From: Elsinoe ampelina
Taxonomy: Eukaryota
DNA length: 64,000 bases
Direction: 5' to 3'
Assembly: GCA_010093995.1 (NCBI GenBank)
Contig: ML992506.1
Coordinates: 182,832-246,831, forward strand
The translations under genes and the position numbers were made by a program. How positions within the stretch are numbered: position 1 is the stretch's first letter; every line of letters starts with the position of its first letter. Positions 38,295 through 50,143 of the stretch are shown piece by piece. The notes under the pieces are model-generated. The model was not told where the DNA came from. It did not search any database and saw only the letters and a program-made list of their open reading frames with translations.

Positions 38295-40517
38295 ATGGCA
38301 GCCGTCACGCTACCGACGACACTCTCATCTCACCCCGAGGCCTTCCTCGCTCCCTCCACCCCACTTCATGGATCCTCACTCTCCTACATCTCCTCTGTCC
38401 TTTCGCCGCTAGCGTCACAGATTTATGATGTTCATGCGCAACGGACTGCTGAAACTCGTGCATCCAAGAAGCGGAAGCGCGGTCAGGACGATCCTTCGAG
38501 TACGACAGACTCACGAAAAGACCTAAGGCCATGGAACGAGAAGGATGCCCTGAAGCTGAGCGGGGTGCACACAGAAGGCTTTGGCGTGGATCAGGTGTGG
38601 GAGCAGGTCAGACGGGTAGTCGGTGCTGTAGAGAGGGAGGTGAAAAGAGACTTGGAAGCAAGGGAGGAGAGAGAGTTGGGGGAAGACAGCGAGGATGAGC
38701 TTAGTGGATCGGAAGCTGCAGGTGGCAGCGATCTTGGAGAGGAAGGACTTGATTATGAGATCGAGGGGGTCGACGACGACGAGAATGCGAGACCAAGCGA
38801 CGACGATGACCTGGACGAGATGGACGAGGACGAAGACGAAGACGAAGACGATCTGAATGTGGAAGACGAGGACATGGTTGATGTAGATGGCGAAGATGAA
38901 GAGGAGGAAGAGAATGACAAGGGAGCCGACACGCCAGCGACCGAGTACGTGGAAGATCCGAATGGTCTGAATGACGGCTTCTTCTCCATCGACGACTTCA
39001 ACAAACGATCGGACTTTCTCGAACGAGTTGACGAGCGAGGAGACGACGACGGAGCGGCCAGCGACGAAGAAGAGGTTGACTGGAATCTGGATCCTCTGGC
39101 TGATGCTGCACCAAGCAAGACCAAGCGTAAACCTGCTAAGGATGATGATGCCTCCGACGAGGATGGTCCTACCTTTGGTGACATGGACATCAACGCTCCC
39201 GAGGGTGCAAGTGACGACGAGGAAGAGCTCGAGGGTGGTGAGATGGACGACATGGACGATTTGACCAACGCCAACAACATCACCTACAAGGACTTTTTTG
39301 CACCACCAGCCAAAAAGGTACGCAAGAACAAAAAAGGACGACCTCATCCACACAATTTCCCAGCCAAAGCAAAAGCACCGTCACCCGAGGCAGCAGAAGA
39401 CGAAGAGGCCCCCATGGACCCGGAAGCAGAGTACAACGAGACAGCCCTCACGCGCATCCACCGCGACCTCTTCTCCGACGAAGACCTGTCCGCCTCCGAA
39501 TCTGAAGGCGGCGACGACGACCCCGCCTCCCGCCCCTCCCAAGCCAACCTCTCGACGCACGAACGCCGCCGCCTCGCCCTCACCAAAGAGATCTCCGCCC
39601 TCGAATCCACTCTCATATCCGCCAAACCCTGGGCCCTCTCAGGCGAAGCCACCTCCGCCTCTCGACCCCTCAACTCTCTCCTCGAAGAAGACCTCGCCTT
39701 CGAACGCACAGGCAAGCCCGTCCCCGTCATCACCGCCGAAGTGTCCACCTCGCTCGAAGAACTCATCAAATCCCGCATCCTCTCCCGCTCCTTCGAGGAC
39801 ATCTACCGACGCCGACCCGACGACCTCGCCGTGCCCCGCGGCTCAAAGGACAAGTACGACCTGCCCGACAGCAAGAGTAAAAAGTCACTCGCGGAGCTGT
39901 ACGAGGAGGACCACCTGCGCTCCACCACCGGCAGCGGGAAGGACGCCGAGCTGACCGACGCGGAAAGGAAAGAGCAAGCTTCCATCCTCAACCTCTGGAA
40001 CCAAGTCCGGGCCGATCTGGACTCGTTGAGTAATTTCACCCTGCGACCGAAAGCGCAGCAGACGAGTCTGGAGATCAGGACGGACGTGGCGGTGGCGAGG
40101 ATGGAGGACGCGAGGCCGAATGCCGTGTCCGCGGCCGAGGGGGGCACGGTGGAGACGGCGAGGTTGGCGCCGGGCGAGGTGTTTCGGATTGATGAGGGGG
40201 AGAGGGGGGAAGGGGAGATGTTGGCTGGTGGGAGGAAGGGGGAGGTTGTTGGGGTGGAGGAGAGGGAGAGGGGGGAGGGGAGGAGGGCGAGGAGGAGGGC
40301 AAAGGACAGGGCGAGGAAGAGGAAGGAGGGGATGCCGGTGGATGTTGGCAAGGGGGTGGGGAAGGAGGCGAGGAAGAGGGAGGGGGAGAAGGAGGTGATG
40401 GGGCAGTTGAAGAAGGGTGGGGTGAGGGTTATTGGGAAGAAGGGGGAGTTGACCGACGTGGAGGGGAGGAAAGTGAGCGAGGTAAAAGCTGTTGGAGCAG
40501 GGGCGTACAAGTTGTAG
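38295..40517 (+). CDS. MPP10: U3 snoRNP protein Mpp10
   Basis: GFGVDQVWEQ, acidic tract, GLNDGFFSIDDFN, YKDFF, LSTHERR, KPWALSGE...RPLNSLLEEDL.FERTGKPVPVIT, KSKKSLAELYE, LAPGEV; ends YKL. Confidence 0.95.
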   Translation: MAAVTLPTTLSSHPEAFLAPSTPLHGSSLSYISSVLSPLASQIYDVHAQRTAETRASKKRKRGQDDPSSTTDSRKDLRPWNEKDALKLSGVHTEGFGVDQVWEQVRRVVGAVEREVKRDLEAREERELGEDSEDELSGSEAAGGSDLGEEGLDYEIEGVDDDENARPSDDDDLDEMDEDEDEDEDDLNVEDEDMVDVDGEDEEEEENDKGADTPATEYVEDPNGLNDGFFSIDDFNKRSDFLERVDERGDDDGAASDEEEVDWNLDPLADAAPSKTKRKPAKDDDASDEDGPTFGDMDINAPEGASDDEEELEGGEMDDMDDLTNANNITYKDFFAPPAKKVRKNKKGRPHPHNFPAKAKAPSPEAAEDEEAPMDPEAEYNETALTRIHRDLFSDEDLSASESEGGDDDPASRPSQANLSTHERRRLALTKEISALESTLISAKPWALSGEATSASRPLNSLLEEDLAFERTGKPVPVITAEVSTSLEELIKSRILSRSFEDIYRRRPDDLAVPRGSKDKYDLPDSKSKKSLAELYEEDHLRSTTGSGKDAELTDAERKEQASILNLWNQVRADLDSLSNFTLRPKAQQTSLEIRTDVAVARMEDARPNAVSAAEGGTVETARLAPGEVFRIDEGERGEGEMLAGGRKGEVVGVEERERGEGRRARRRAKDRARKRKEGMPVDVGKGVGKEARKREGEKEVMGQLKKGGVRVIGKKGELTDVEGRKVSEVKAVGAGAYKL

Positions 40518-40639
40518 GAGATGATGAATGGCATTGCATTGTTCCCTTGCCATGTCCTGTCCATGTTCCTAGGGCCCGTCACTCAGGATTTACCCACTGC
40601 CCTTCGCATGACACACTGTCCTCCTTCCCCCCTGTCAGT

Positions 40640-41287
40640 CTAAGCCAACTTCCTCTCCCCAAGCACATCATCCACAAACCCCCTCCAAACCCTCCCCAAC
40701 CCCTCCTCCCCCTTGACCTTGACCTCCTCGACCGTCCCCCTCACCCTCTCCCTCCCCCCCTCCACCACTTCACCAGCCATACTCCCCACCCCCTCCAGCA
40801 CCTTTTCAAAATCAATCTCCACGGCCGAGTTATCACTGACCTCACTCATCGGGCTGACCAAACTGTCCAAACTGCTGGAGCTGATCACCGCCCGCATGAC
40901 AGGCTGGACATCCTCTTCCGCCTGGTTGTTCTGGCGGGCGAAATCGGCGCGGATGATGGGCACGCGGGACAGGTGCGTGTCCGCCCCGACGTCCGACCCC
41001 GGGGCTAAACTGGTCATGTTGGAGGGGAGAAAGGCAAAGTCGATGGTGGAGGAGTCGTTGTTGGCTTTGAGGGCGCGGGAGGTGTTGAAGGTGCGGCCGG
41101 TGGAGGTGCGGGTGGTTGGTTCGGGGGAGGAGGAGACGGGGCGTGGGATCGGGGTGCGGGTGGTGAGGATTGGGGTCGAGTCGCGCGGGATGGTCATGTG
41201 GAGGGCGCGGCGGTGGCGGGGGAGGTGAGGGGTGAGAGAGGAGAGTTGGCGCAGGGGGAGGAATTGGGTGATGCGTGGGGCGGACAT
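40640..41287 (-). CDS. Fungal hypothetical protein, probably mitochondrial
   Basis: 215-aa ORF; Arg-rich, acid-free presequence-like N-terminus; FNTSRALKANNDSSTIDFAFLP and SPMSEVSDN motifs recalled from fungal hypothetical proteins. Confidence 0.7.
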   Translation of the reverse strand: MSAPRITQFLPLRQLSSLTPHLPRHRRALHMTIPRDSTPILTTRTPIPRPVSSSPEPTTRTSTGRTFNTSRALKANNDSSTIDFAFLPSNMTSLAPGSDVGADTHLSRVPIIRADFARQNNQAEEDVQPVMRAVISSSSLDSLVSPMSEVSDNSAVEIDFEKVLEGVGSMAGEVVEGGRERVRGTVEEVKVKGEEGLGRVWRGFVDDVLGERKLA

Positions 41288-42314
41288 GTTGGTTGTTGAA
41301 TAGGTCGGTGTGGTTGTAGGTCTTGGGTGTGTGATTGGAGTGCGGGGATGTTGAAGCTGTCTTCAGGTATGAAGCTCTGTGTTAGGGATAGAGTCCCGAT
41401 GAAATGGTTGATGAGGAACGAAAAGTCAATGAAAGTGGGAGGGCACACTTATGTATCGTCAAGTCACGCAGGGGTACATGCAGTCGAACAACAATCGTAT
41501 CATGCGATAAGCAATGGCCGCTGACTGACCTCGGTGAAGACGCAGGCGTGGGAGCTGTCGTGTGCCGGGAGGGTGGCTTGTTCCTGCCAACGCGACAGCT
41601 CGACCTTCAAGCTGCAGTTGAGAACCGTAGAGCTACGGATTGTCCCGGGCGGTGCAGCGATCGACGGTCACTTCTATTTCGGGTCTTGTTGAGCGGACAT
41701 TTGCTTTCCATTCCTGCTCGTCCTGTATACGTGTGGTCGGTCATTGCGGTCTTGTCGGGTTACGTGTGCTCGACTCGGCGTCTCATATCTGACTCGTTCG
41801 GACAATCGTACCACTTCCGTCAAAAAATGGGTTGGAATAATGAACCTGAACAGTGCATCTGCAGCAGTTCAGCGGTGAAACTTGTCAACGAAAATGAGCA
41901 GCCTCTTGATTGGTCGACGGCATCATGGGGGTGTTGCTCTAAGTTATCTTTTGAGATGCGGGGGAAGCTCGATTTACAGACTGTTTGCTGACCGTCACGC
42001 AGATTGGAGCTGTCGGAATAGCTGGATGTGATCTAGCGCCGTGGATGATTGATTGCAGAGCAGAAACAGTCCTGTGATCGTACTCTGGTACAATGGGATA
42101 TCAATAGGGTTGCCAATGCTGGACCAATGGCTATACCATGACCACTATGAAGCTTGGTATCACTTCGCCATCCGCTTGTCCTTCTTCCTCATGCCCGGCA
42201 TATCTCGTGTCCTCCGTCCCTCCGTCATCATTGCTTGCCTCGTAAATATACATCATAATCCATACACCTCGTAACGCCGTGCTGGACAGCCAATTCGTCA
42301 AACAAAAAATATAC

Positions 42315-43751
42315 TCAGCTCAAGAATGAATTGCCCGTTAGAACCCCAACAAAGCCACTCTTCTTCTTGCCTCCACCTCTCGCCTGCTTCATCTCGAGAT
42401 ACAGAGCCGGGTTGATGCCCTTCTTCTCGAGTTTCTTGATCTTCTCAGGGCTCAAAGCGCTAATGTCGACCTCGCTGCCTCTCCAGTCTTCACTGTTGAG
42501 CGAGCTGGAAGAGTTGGACGAAACATGACTAGGTCTGGGCATGCCATTGGTGCCGTTGCTACTGTTGAATCGGGATGCATTTGAAGACAGTGCGGTCGGT
42601 CGTCTGCTATTGTTTGGACGGTTCGCCTGGTCTGTTGCATTCGACCCGGATCTCGCGAGCTGACCGGGAGCGCCATTAACTGGAGCATGCAGGCTGCCTT
42701 TTCTTTCTGCCGCTGCCTCGAAGATGTCTCTGTGAGCCTTGCGTGTAATCGGGGCGCTGTTGGACTGTGCATTGGCGTGGGCATAAGAGTGAGCAGTGAC
42801 GTTGGAACCCACGTCAGATCGAACATTGGCATGATAGTCGTGACGGTCGTCGACATGACTATTCGATACTCCGGGTCGCTCGTTGGATCCGCGAGTTGTG
42901 GCCGTCCCATTACTACTGTCGCTCAGCCAGCTCTCTCGATTGCTACTAGTGGTCGCGTGACCATTGCTCTGCGTGCCGCGAGTGCGATAATCGTCCCTAT
43001 CCCTATAGCCAGTGTTCGGATTGAATGATCTCTGCCTCTCCTCTTGCGGTGGTCTGACCACCGGAGCGGCCCATCTCTGTCGTTCTCGCTCGGCTTGACT
43101 TGGTCTCTGTGTGGGGTTCCAGCCCATTCGCCCATCAAAAGCAAAATCCGAAGCTTCACTGTATCCTGTCGTTGTGCTCTCCGCTATTGAATCCGTATCG
43201 TTCGTCGTCATCGTCTCTTCCGACATGGTTGAGTCTGCGTCCGAGTCGCGGCTCGACACAACGCTGTCCGCATATGGTTTGTAGATCCATGTTTGCGGGT
43301 TGTTCGATTGGAGGTTGAAGGGAAGCTCTTGTCGGTCTGCATAAGTTCGTATCACTGGGAAAGGTGCTGCATCATCGTCGTCGTCGTAGGACTGATTGTC
43401 CGTGTCATATCTCGCCGGCGGTGTCTTGTCACCATCCCGCGACTCATGGTCTCGATCGCGCGACTCGTGCGACGATTGCGACTGGTATGTCTGGTTGATC
43501 CGTAGTTGAGGTCGAAAGGCGTGATCAATAAACGGACTATTCTCAAAGGTCGGACTCTTTTCCAGCGTCGGCGAAGCAAGTGCGCTGGGTGGATTGGACG
43601 TGGATGGGGAGAATAATTGCCGTGGACGTGAGAAGTTGACCGTCCTTCGGCCCTCCATTGACCCTTCAGATCTCGGATAATCTGACGCTAGAGGGCTCAC
43701 GGGCTCTCTAGATTCCTCTGGGACCTCTGGAATTTGCGCGAGAGAAGGCAT
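42315..43751 (-). CDS. Hypothetical low-complexity protein
   Basis: Open frame from ATG 43751 (MPSLAQIPEV), VNFSRP, S/T/N-rich body, C-terminal KLEKKGINPALYLEMKQAR. Confidence 0.7.
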   Translation of the reverse strand: MPSLAQIPEVPEESREPVSPLASDYPRSEGSMEGRRTVNFSRPRQLFSPSTSNPPSALASPTLEKSPTFENSPFIDHAFRPQLRINQTYQSQSSHESRDRDHESRDGDKTPPARYDTDNQSYDDDDDAAPFPVIRTYADRQELPFNLQSNNPQTWIYKPYADSVVSSRDSDADSTMSEETMTTNDTDSIAESTTTGYSEASDFAFDGRMGWNPTQRPSQAERERQRWAAPVVRPPQEERQRSFNPNTGYRDRDDYRTRGTQSNGHATTSSNRESWLSDSSNGTATTRGSNERPGVSNSHVDDRHDYHANVRSDVGSNVTAHSYAHANAQSNSAPITRKAHRDIFEAAAERKGSLHAPVNGAPGQLARSGSNATDQANRPNNSRRPTALSSNASRFNSSNGTNGMPRPSHVSSNSSSSLNSEDWRGSEVDISALSPEKIKKLEKKGINPALYLEMKQARGGGKKKSGFVGVLTGNSFLS

Positions 43752-44817
43752 GTCGGCGGTATATAAAGTGAAGGCGCTACATGCGGGAGGTGGTTGTACA
43801 GAGTCTCGTGGTACCTGACCCGGCGAGACAGAGAGCTTCGCTTGTGCGCAGAGGGTCGAGGACGAAGGATGAGAAGAGAATGACGGTGATTGGCGACCTT
43901 GTTGGTGGTGTCGACGGGCGTGCAGATCTGTTCTTGTCCGACTGTTCACAAAGAGCAACGTCCAAGGTCCGGTCCAAGACCTCGGGAGACGAGGCGCTTT
44001 CACCAACGTCATTTGGGGGGCTGGCCGCCCGACTTTTCTCCTCTGATCTTGCGAACCCCTGTTCAGGCACTTTAGAGCATCTCCCCTGCAACCTCTCTCG
44101 GAGATCGGGTCTGTTTCGATTCATCTTGCCCGGCTTCTTCGCTAGCTCATCTTGTGTTACACTAGCGATAACCGAACGGGGCTGCAAGAGTACAGAACCA
44201 GCTGTCAACCTGACCACGGCTGCCAGCACACCATTACAGCTCGGTGGGACAGCCACCCGTCCCGTACCTCGATCCTAGCGTGTGAAAATTGACTCGAGAA
44301 AAGCTGTGGGAAAAAGCCACGACGTTTTTGTATCTTCGGACTTGGATGCGCTCCCTTCTCTGACCTCAACATGCATGCAAAGCATCAAAGCAAGCTTTGA
44401 GCTAGGCGAAGTAGTTTCACGAGGCGGTCGGTGAGTTAGGGATGGATTGATAACATAGTCAACGATGTTATGGCCTTGATTTGGGAGTTGGAGGCACCTC
44501 TTGCTTTGGATGAGGTATTAGGTGCATGGAGGGCAATGCATAGGACGCTGACTTTCACTACTTGCGGCTGAAATGGGCATCCTCGATTCTGCGGTTTATA
44601 CTTTGGTAATTTGACCCAAACTTTCCACGGTAGTTGTACGAAAGCTGCGACATCGTATGTCATGAGTCTGGTGTAGTGACATTAATAAGTAGCACGCAAA
44701 AGCGCAAGACTCTTGTCCCGTTTATGCTGACTCTCGACGATTAGTCTTGTGCCAGTCGTGTGTACAGCACAGTCGCATAGATGCGCCTGAACTCCGACCG
44801 CCTTCCTAGAGAGTATT

Positions 44818-45953
44818 TCAGCAAGTTGCATACAGACTCCGCACCTCCCGAAAAGCCTGTATCAAGCCAGCATAATGTGCAAGACCAGCAACAAAGACCA
44901 AGCAGTGGAAAAGTTGGTGACTAGCCCCGACCAAGTCGAAACGATAAGGATATTTGATCTCCGGAAACTACAGCGGTCAGCACGTAAATGACGAGTGGCT
45001 TCATCTGTTGACTCACCCTCGACGCATAGAAAGCAGCGCCTGCTTTGGCAGCAGCCATTGCGATCATCCAAGACAGTGCGAGTCGCTTCTTCTGAACATC
45101 GTAACCATACAGGATGATACTATGCGTGACGAAGACTATGGCAAAAAGACCAAGGCTGGCGTACATGGTTGCTCTAGCGGCCCGAAATTTAGGCCCGGCG
45201 AACTGGGGAAACAGAGTGAAGGTAATGCAGCCAATCGCACTCGACGACAACTGGATCTGGAATTAGCCGTGAGTCACGTCTGTCGAGCTATCAATACGTA
45301 ACAAGGATCCAGTGGACATTGCGCAGACGGTTACTGCAGATGAATGCGAAATGTATCGAGGCGATACTTGCACCCCACATAAGCAGGACGATGCCCACAA
45401 AGTCCAATCTGTTGCCCATGCTCGCCACTGAAGGGCTGTGATTCCAGATTACATGACATCTGGACTTGATTCAGTAAAATCATTAGTGACTAGTCACTGG
45501 TTCCTCACAGTGCCGAGCAGACGAAGCAGATCGAGACTCCCGCGAAATAGACGAGGAAGACGAGCAGATCAGTCGGCTGCGCTGTCTCGACGTGGTTGTA
45601 AATGGTGTAATAGAAGTGAGCTGGCAACAGTGCAAAGATGATGGCGCCACCGACGTGAGAATTGATATTGACTGGCACAGTGAGCTCGCAACAGGTAAAT
45701 GGGATGAGAGAGGCCGTTGATCACCTGTCTCGTTGTGCCATTCAAGAATGCTCTCCATAGAAACCCGCCAGGAGTTTGAAGTCGGTCGATAGCCAGACAA
45801 AAGATGTTCGTTATCTCTGCAGACCGTTAGAGCCCAGGCCCCTTGCTTGCACACATGCCTTCACTTTTGCCAATGAGCTGTGTCTTGTAAGCAAAACCGT
45901 ATAGGGATGCTATGCCGGCGGTCCACCAGATTTTGACTCACGAATTTCATCAT
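44818..45953 (-). CDS. PAQR/hemolysin-III (Izh-type) membrane protein (6 exons)
   Basis: Spliced reading: HWQK|DNEHLLSGYR, WHNET|VNINSH, CSAL|CHVIWNHS, NRLDFVGI, RAARATMY, YASR|FPE..PYRFDLVGASHQLFH; all PAQR motifs present. Confidence 0.82.
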
Positions 45954-46069
45954 ACTGGAGCAGATTTGTTTGGAGCCGAGGGGTTGACTTCATCTTACCT
46001 AGGCTATGATGCCGGCGCCTTATATCGTGTTCCCCAACGCCCGACATCGTCGAGCGGAGAGCGCTACGA

Positions 46070-47155
46070 ATGCGAAATGATTCAGAGGATCCATATTCGA
46101 GATTTCACAGGATATATGCCTTTGACTTCGAGAGTTCCTTCGATTCGAAAACTCCCCCTTTTGCGAGCGGAATTTCCACATCTGACCCCCAAGGGTGTCA
46201 AGCTCCTTGCGTTGTGTGGTCACCTCTCGACCTTCCCGTAATGTTACTGGAAGTCATGGTAGTTGGACACGTCCTCTGCGCTCTCGTGATCACAGCACTT
46301 TGGTGGAGCAAGCCAAGGATGGTGGAAGAGCCGACCATTCTGCGAGGCGAGTGGACGACATGCTTCGCAGCATCCATGATGACATGTAGCCGTCTTGGAC
46401 TGGTCGAGCCGCGAAGGCTACCCGGTTACCGCATGCTGGAAAAGAAGGCCGAGATAAGTGGTCTTGAAGTCATACTAGAACCACCAGAGACTGACGTAGA
46501 GAATGGAGACGAGCTAACGCCTGCTGCTCCTAGGACCAGCGTGACTGATCAGGTTTCTATACGCTCCAAGTCGGATACACCGCGCCAAGGTGCGAGAGAC
46601 TCGGCCTACGATACTACCATCTTCAAATCGTCAGATCGAGAGCGCCTTATGCAGACGAGATGGCAGCTCACTGGTTCCGTCCTGCAACGGTACCCGAGCA
46701 CGCGGTATCTGCTTCATGATCCACTCGCGGCCGAGGACGACAAGTACGACACCGCGCTTACGAGTTATCCAGAAATGCCGAAGAAATGCAGAAAGCGTGA
46801 TACAGAGGTCCTCTGGGTTGTCAGCATCGGATTCAGCGGCGTGCACGTTGCTGCTTGGAACTCCAGCTTTCCTTCGGCTGTCGAAGAATTCTCTTGGCAC
46901 TTCTCGTCTGTTTATATTGGAGTCTCAGGTCTGCTGTGGGCGACCCTACATATACTTGCAGAGCACTGGGCAGCATTCTGGTGGGCATGGTACGATTTCA
47001 TGATTGGAGATGTCCCGAAAGTACTTACACTCGCGGTCAACACCATCTGCGGTATCTGTGGTCTAGCGTACGTCCTAGCTAGGGCATACCTGATCATTGA
47101 AGGGTTCGTCGAGCTGCGGGCGTTACCCGCAGCAGCCTACATAGTCCCTCAATAA
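46070..47155 (+). pseudogene. 5'-truncated fungal multi-pass membrane protein relic
   Basis: LPVMLLEVMVVGHVLCALVITALWWSKP, GVHVAAWNSSFPSAVE, LARAYLIIEGFVELRALP are recognisable as the C-terminal half of a fungal membrane family; no room for the N-terminal half before the PAQR start. Confidence 0.55.
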
Positions 47156-47392
47156 ATGGGCCCTTGTAGTGCCGCATATTTATTTCATAGGTGAGCATCG
47201 CGAAGGTGGAGGATGTTCAAAGTGGAGCTTGCGTAGTTTTTACTCAGGGGACATACATGTATTTTAAAGCAGTCGCTACAGAATTGTACAAGTGTTCTAG
47301 TTTAGGTATTTACTAGTAATGGACTATGTTCTCACAAAGACGATCTCTGACGTCTCTTGGTCTTGGATAAATCCAATACTGATGTCTGGTCG

Positions 47393-48140
47393 TCAGTGGC
47401 CCCTCTTGTATTTGTTCATCTCGGGGATCACATACTTGGCCATCGACATTATCGAAGTGACGTTTACTTCCAGCCCGCGTGCCCAGTCGTCCTTGTCTGT
47501 CGAGACTGCGGTGCCAGTAGCGCCTCCTATGCCGACGTTTTTCACGAGGATATCGAGACGGCCGAAAGCTTTGATAGTGCGTTGGATTGCAGAGCGACAT
47601 TGCGCTTCGTCTGTCACGCCGATTCGTAGGGCTAGAGCTGCACCGCCCTCGTCCTGGTAGGTCCGCTTCAGATGCTAGGTGCTAGGTATTCCCAGATGAG
47701 CACAGGAGAAGGCCGATGCGGGTAAGTATATCGTATTACCTCCTCCTCTTCCTTTCCCTCCTCTTCACTTCCGATTCTTCTCTCCTTCATCTCCCTCCAC
47801 CACGTCCTCCCTCCCCCCGTTAATCACGTCCCCCCTCTCTCCTCCTCCTCTTCCTCCACTCATGAGCAGCACAAGAAGCCCCATCCCCATCACATCCGCA
47901 CACAGAAACCTCCAGACCACAACACCAAGGAAAGGAGAAAGAAGCACCTACCTCAACCATCCCCCTCGTCCTCCCCCCGTCCTCCAAGCTGACATCAACA
48001 CAAACAACCCTACTCCCCGCCTCGGCCAGCAACAAAGCAGCCGCTCTCCCGTTACCGACACCTTCGCCTGCTGAACCGGCGCCTGTGATCAAACTCACCG
48101 TCCCGGCGAGGGACCGGGTCGGGCGAGGGGACGGTGGCAT
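47393..48140 (-). pseudogene. Short-chain dehydrogenase, 3'-truncated
   Basis: ITGAGSAGEGVGNGRAAA Rossmann motif, probable ~290-nt intron, FGRLDILVKNVGI, WARGLEVNVTS, then stop before the YxxxK catalytic motif. Confidence 0.65.
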
Positions 48141-48982
48141 TGCTTCTTTCTTCTCTGTGTGACTATGGGGGACACAGCACAATGATACACAAGGCTTGTG
48201 TCCCGTGCCAAATGGACAATCTGGTGGTGAAGATATCGGTCGTGGTTCGATGACCCCTCGTCGAGCGGGGTAGGCGTGCAGTAGCCGAGAGATTCTTGCA
48301 TTCAGACTTACGCTTGGGAGCTGCTGGTAGTCGACTAGAAACTCGATAGTGTCAAGAAGCATGGTCACGTGGTTTTCACAACTTTGAATGGTTGGTGGAG
48401 TGGTAAAAGTCATCATCATTCATCCCTATGACATTCTCATATCAATGGCAGTCTGCGTATCGATCTGCTCGATCCCGATCTGCTCCCGTTCTTCCAACTC
48501 TCCTCCTCTTCGTTCTATCCTGCATTTCCATACAGTCGGGGGTTGGCGGGCAGACCCGGAGGACTCAGCTTGCCGCTACCATTCTAAAAAGGCGAGAAGC
48601 GATGGCCGAATCCAACTCGTCTGATTTGATAGATGCAGGGACGCAGCTGACTGGTCCAGCTTAGATGTCGTCGTCCACCAAAATGCCCAACCAAGTCAGA
48701 CACGAGTCTGCTCCTCCACGTGACTATTCATCTCCATCATCCGCCTCTTGTAAACGCCGGTCCCTGAAGTAAATGGTGATATCAATCCGGAAAATGCTCG
48801 CTTCGTGACTACCAAATGTGATATGCCAAACAAAAAAAAAAGTGGGTAATGTGAGAAGAAGAAAAGAAGATTATTCGTGGCGACATTGACGGATATCATA
48901 ACCATCCTTGTCCAGACGTGTGAATTTTGCCGGGCTCGGATTGAGCCTGCACCGGTGAAATGCAAGACTAATGTTCTGACAT

Positions 48983-50143
48983 TCAAGGCATCGACTCGGT
49001 GTCCTTGAAGGTTTGACTCTTTTTCCGCATCGGCTTCCATGAACTCAGCCGGCTGAACTTTTTCCATGTGCCACTTTCCCGGCTGTTTGTTGGGCTAAGT
49101 GCCATGTCGCTTTCTGGAGGACTCATTGGTGGAGTCATTATGCTTTCGTTCGTATGCGATGAGGTGTAGCCAGAGTCGTCTGTGAGACCAGGTGCCGATG
49201 CTGGCTCGACGGATCCGGCAGAGGTGACTGGTTGTGCGTTGTTGGTTGAGCTGGTAGGACTTAGCTTTGTAGAAAGGCGGTGTCTGTGAAGAGCGGTTGT
49301 CAGAGATTGGGGTGCTGATTTGCGGCTGTTGTGCATGGTAGGAGGGGGGAAGCTCATGGCTGATGATTCTGTCGTGGGTGACATGGAAGGGGGGCTGTAC
49401 CGGCTGAATCTGCTTTTCCTGAAACCTGCCGACTTTGGCTCTCTCGGGCTGGTAGGGCTGTTCTCGTCCGATCTGCAATCGCATCCGTTCGATGGTGGTG
49501 ACTGTGTCGTCCTTGGTGACATGCTGTTCAAGAATGGGACGAGGACAGACTCCTCCATCAACTCATAGACTTTGGCGACCGCAATATCGAGCGCCTCGGG
49601 TGGTGGTGGGTTCATCGAGTAGTCGAAGTTCAGGATAGGATCCCTGACTTCCGAGGGAATATTGATCTCTCTTGATCCGTTAGGTCGAATGTAGGCCTCT
49701 ATTAGACGCTGCCAGAGGATCTTGATGTTGGCCGCCTCTTTACTTTGTGGTGCAAGACCTTTTTCTGCGTGCTTTGCCATAATTTTGGCATAATGCTTCT
49801 TATACCGTGTCGCATCCATTGTGAATTCGAGAGTTTCGAGACAGTGGTTGTTCGACAGGTATGCCATGAAGGCTGTAAGAGTCCATGGCTGGGGTGATGA
49901 ATTCGATAGTATTTCTTTTAATGTCGGTCGTTTCGTTTGATAATGTGAAGAACAAGCGGACGAGTGCCGCGGTGGCACTGCGATAGTCATCGGTCGGACG
50001 GAGGCAGCCTCATCTCCTGACATGGTGCTCCGTTCGAACTCGTCGTCCGCGTCCCAGTCGCCTGGAGTAGGACTGCGCGACCTCGAGGATGATGAGATGG
50101 AAGAGGTAGGTGAAAAGGTCACTGATGTCTTCCTACTCAGCAT
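48983..50143 (-). CDS. rgsA: Regulator of G-protein signalling, RgsA/Rgs2-type
   Basis: RPTLKEILSN..PWTLTAFMAYLSNNHCLETLEFTMDA, LWQRLIEAYIRPNGSREINIP, VYELMEESVLVPFLNS; first in-frame ATG is 50143. Confidence 0.85.
   Translation of the reverse strand: MLSRKTSVTFSPTSSISSSSRSRSPTPGDWDADDEFERSTMSGDEAASVRPMTIAVPPRHSSACSSHYQTKRPTLKEILSNSSPQPWTLTAFMAYLSNNHCLETLEFTMDATRYKKHYAKIMAKHAEKGLAPQSKEAANIKILWQRLIEAYIRPNGSREINIPSEVRDPILNFDYSMNPPPPEALDIAVAKVYELMEESVLVPFLNSMSPRTTQSPPSNGCDCRSDENSPTSPREPKSAGFRKSRFSRYSPPSMSPTTESSAMSFPPPTMHNSRKSAPQSLTTALHRHRLSTKLSPTSSTNNAQPVTSAGSVEPASAPGLTDDSGYTSSHTNESIMTPPMSPPESDMALSPTNSRESGTWKKFSRLSSWKPMRKKSQTFKDTESMP

Noticed and set aside
38523..40582. Long antisense and alternative-frame ORFs over Mpp10 (also over cwf18, GH43, RUS1, S53)
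   Set aside because: Shadow ORFs caused by GC-rich, skewed sequence poor in stop codons; low-complexity products.
44818..45953. PAQR gene as a pseudogene (fragmented in the ORF track)
   Set aside because: Five plausible introns join the fragments into an uninterrupted frame with all motifs.
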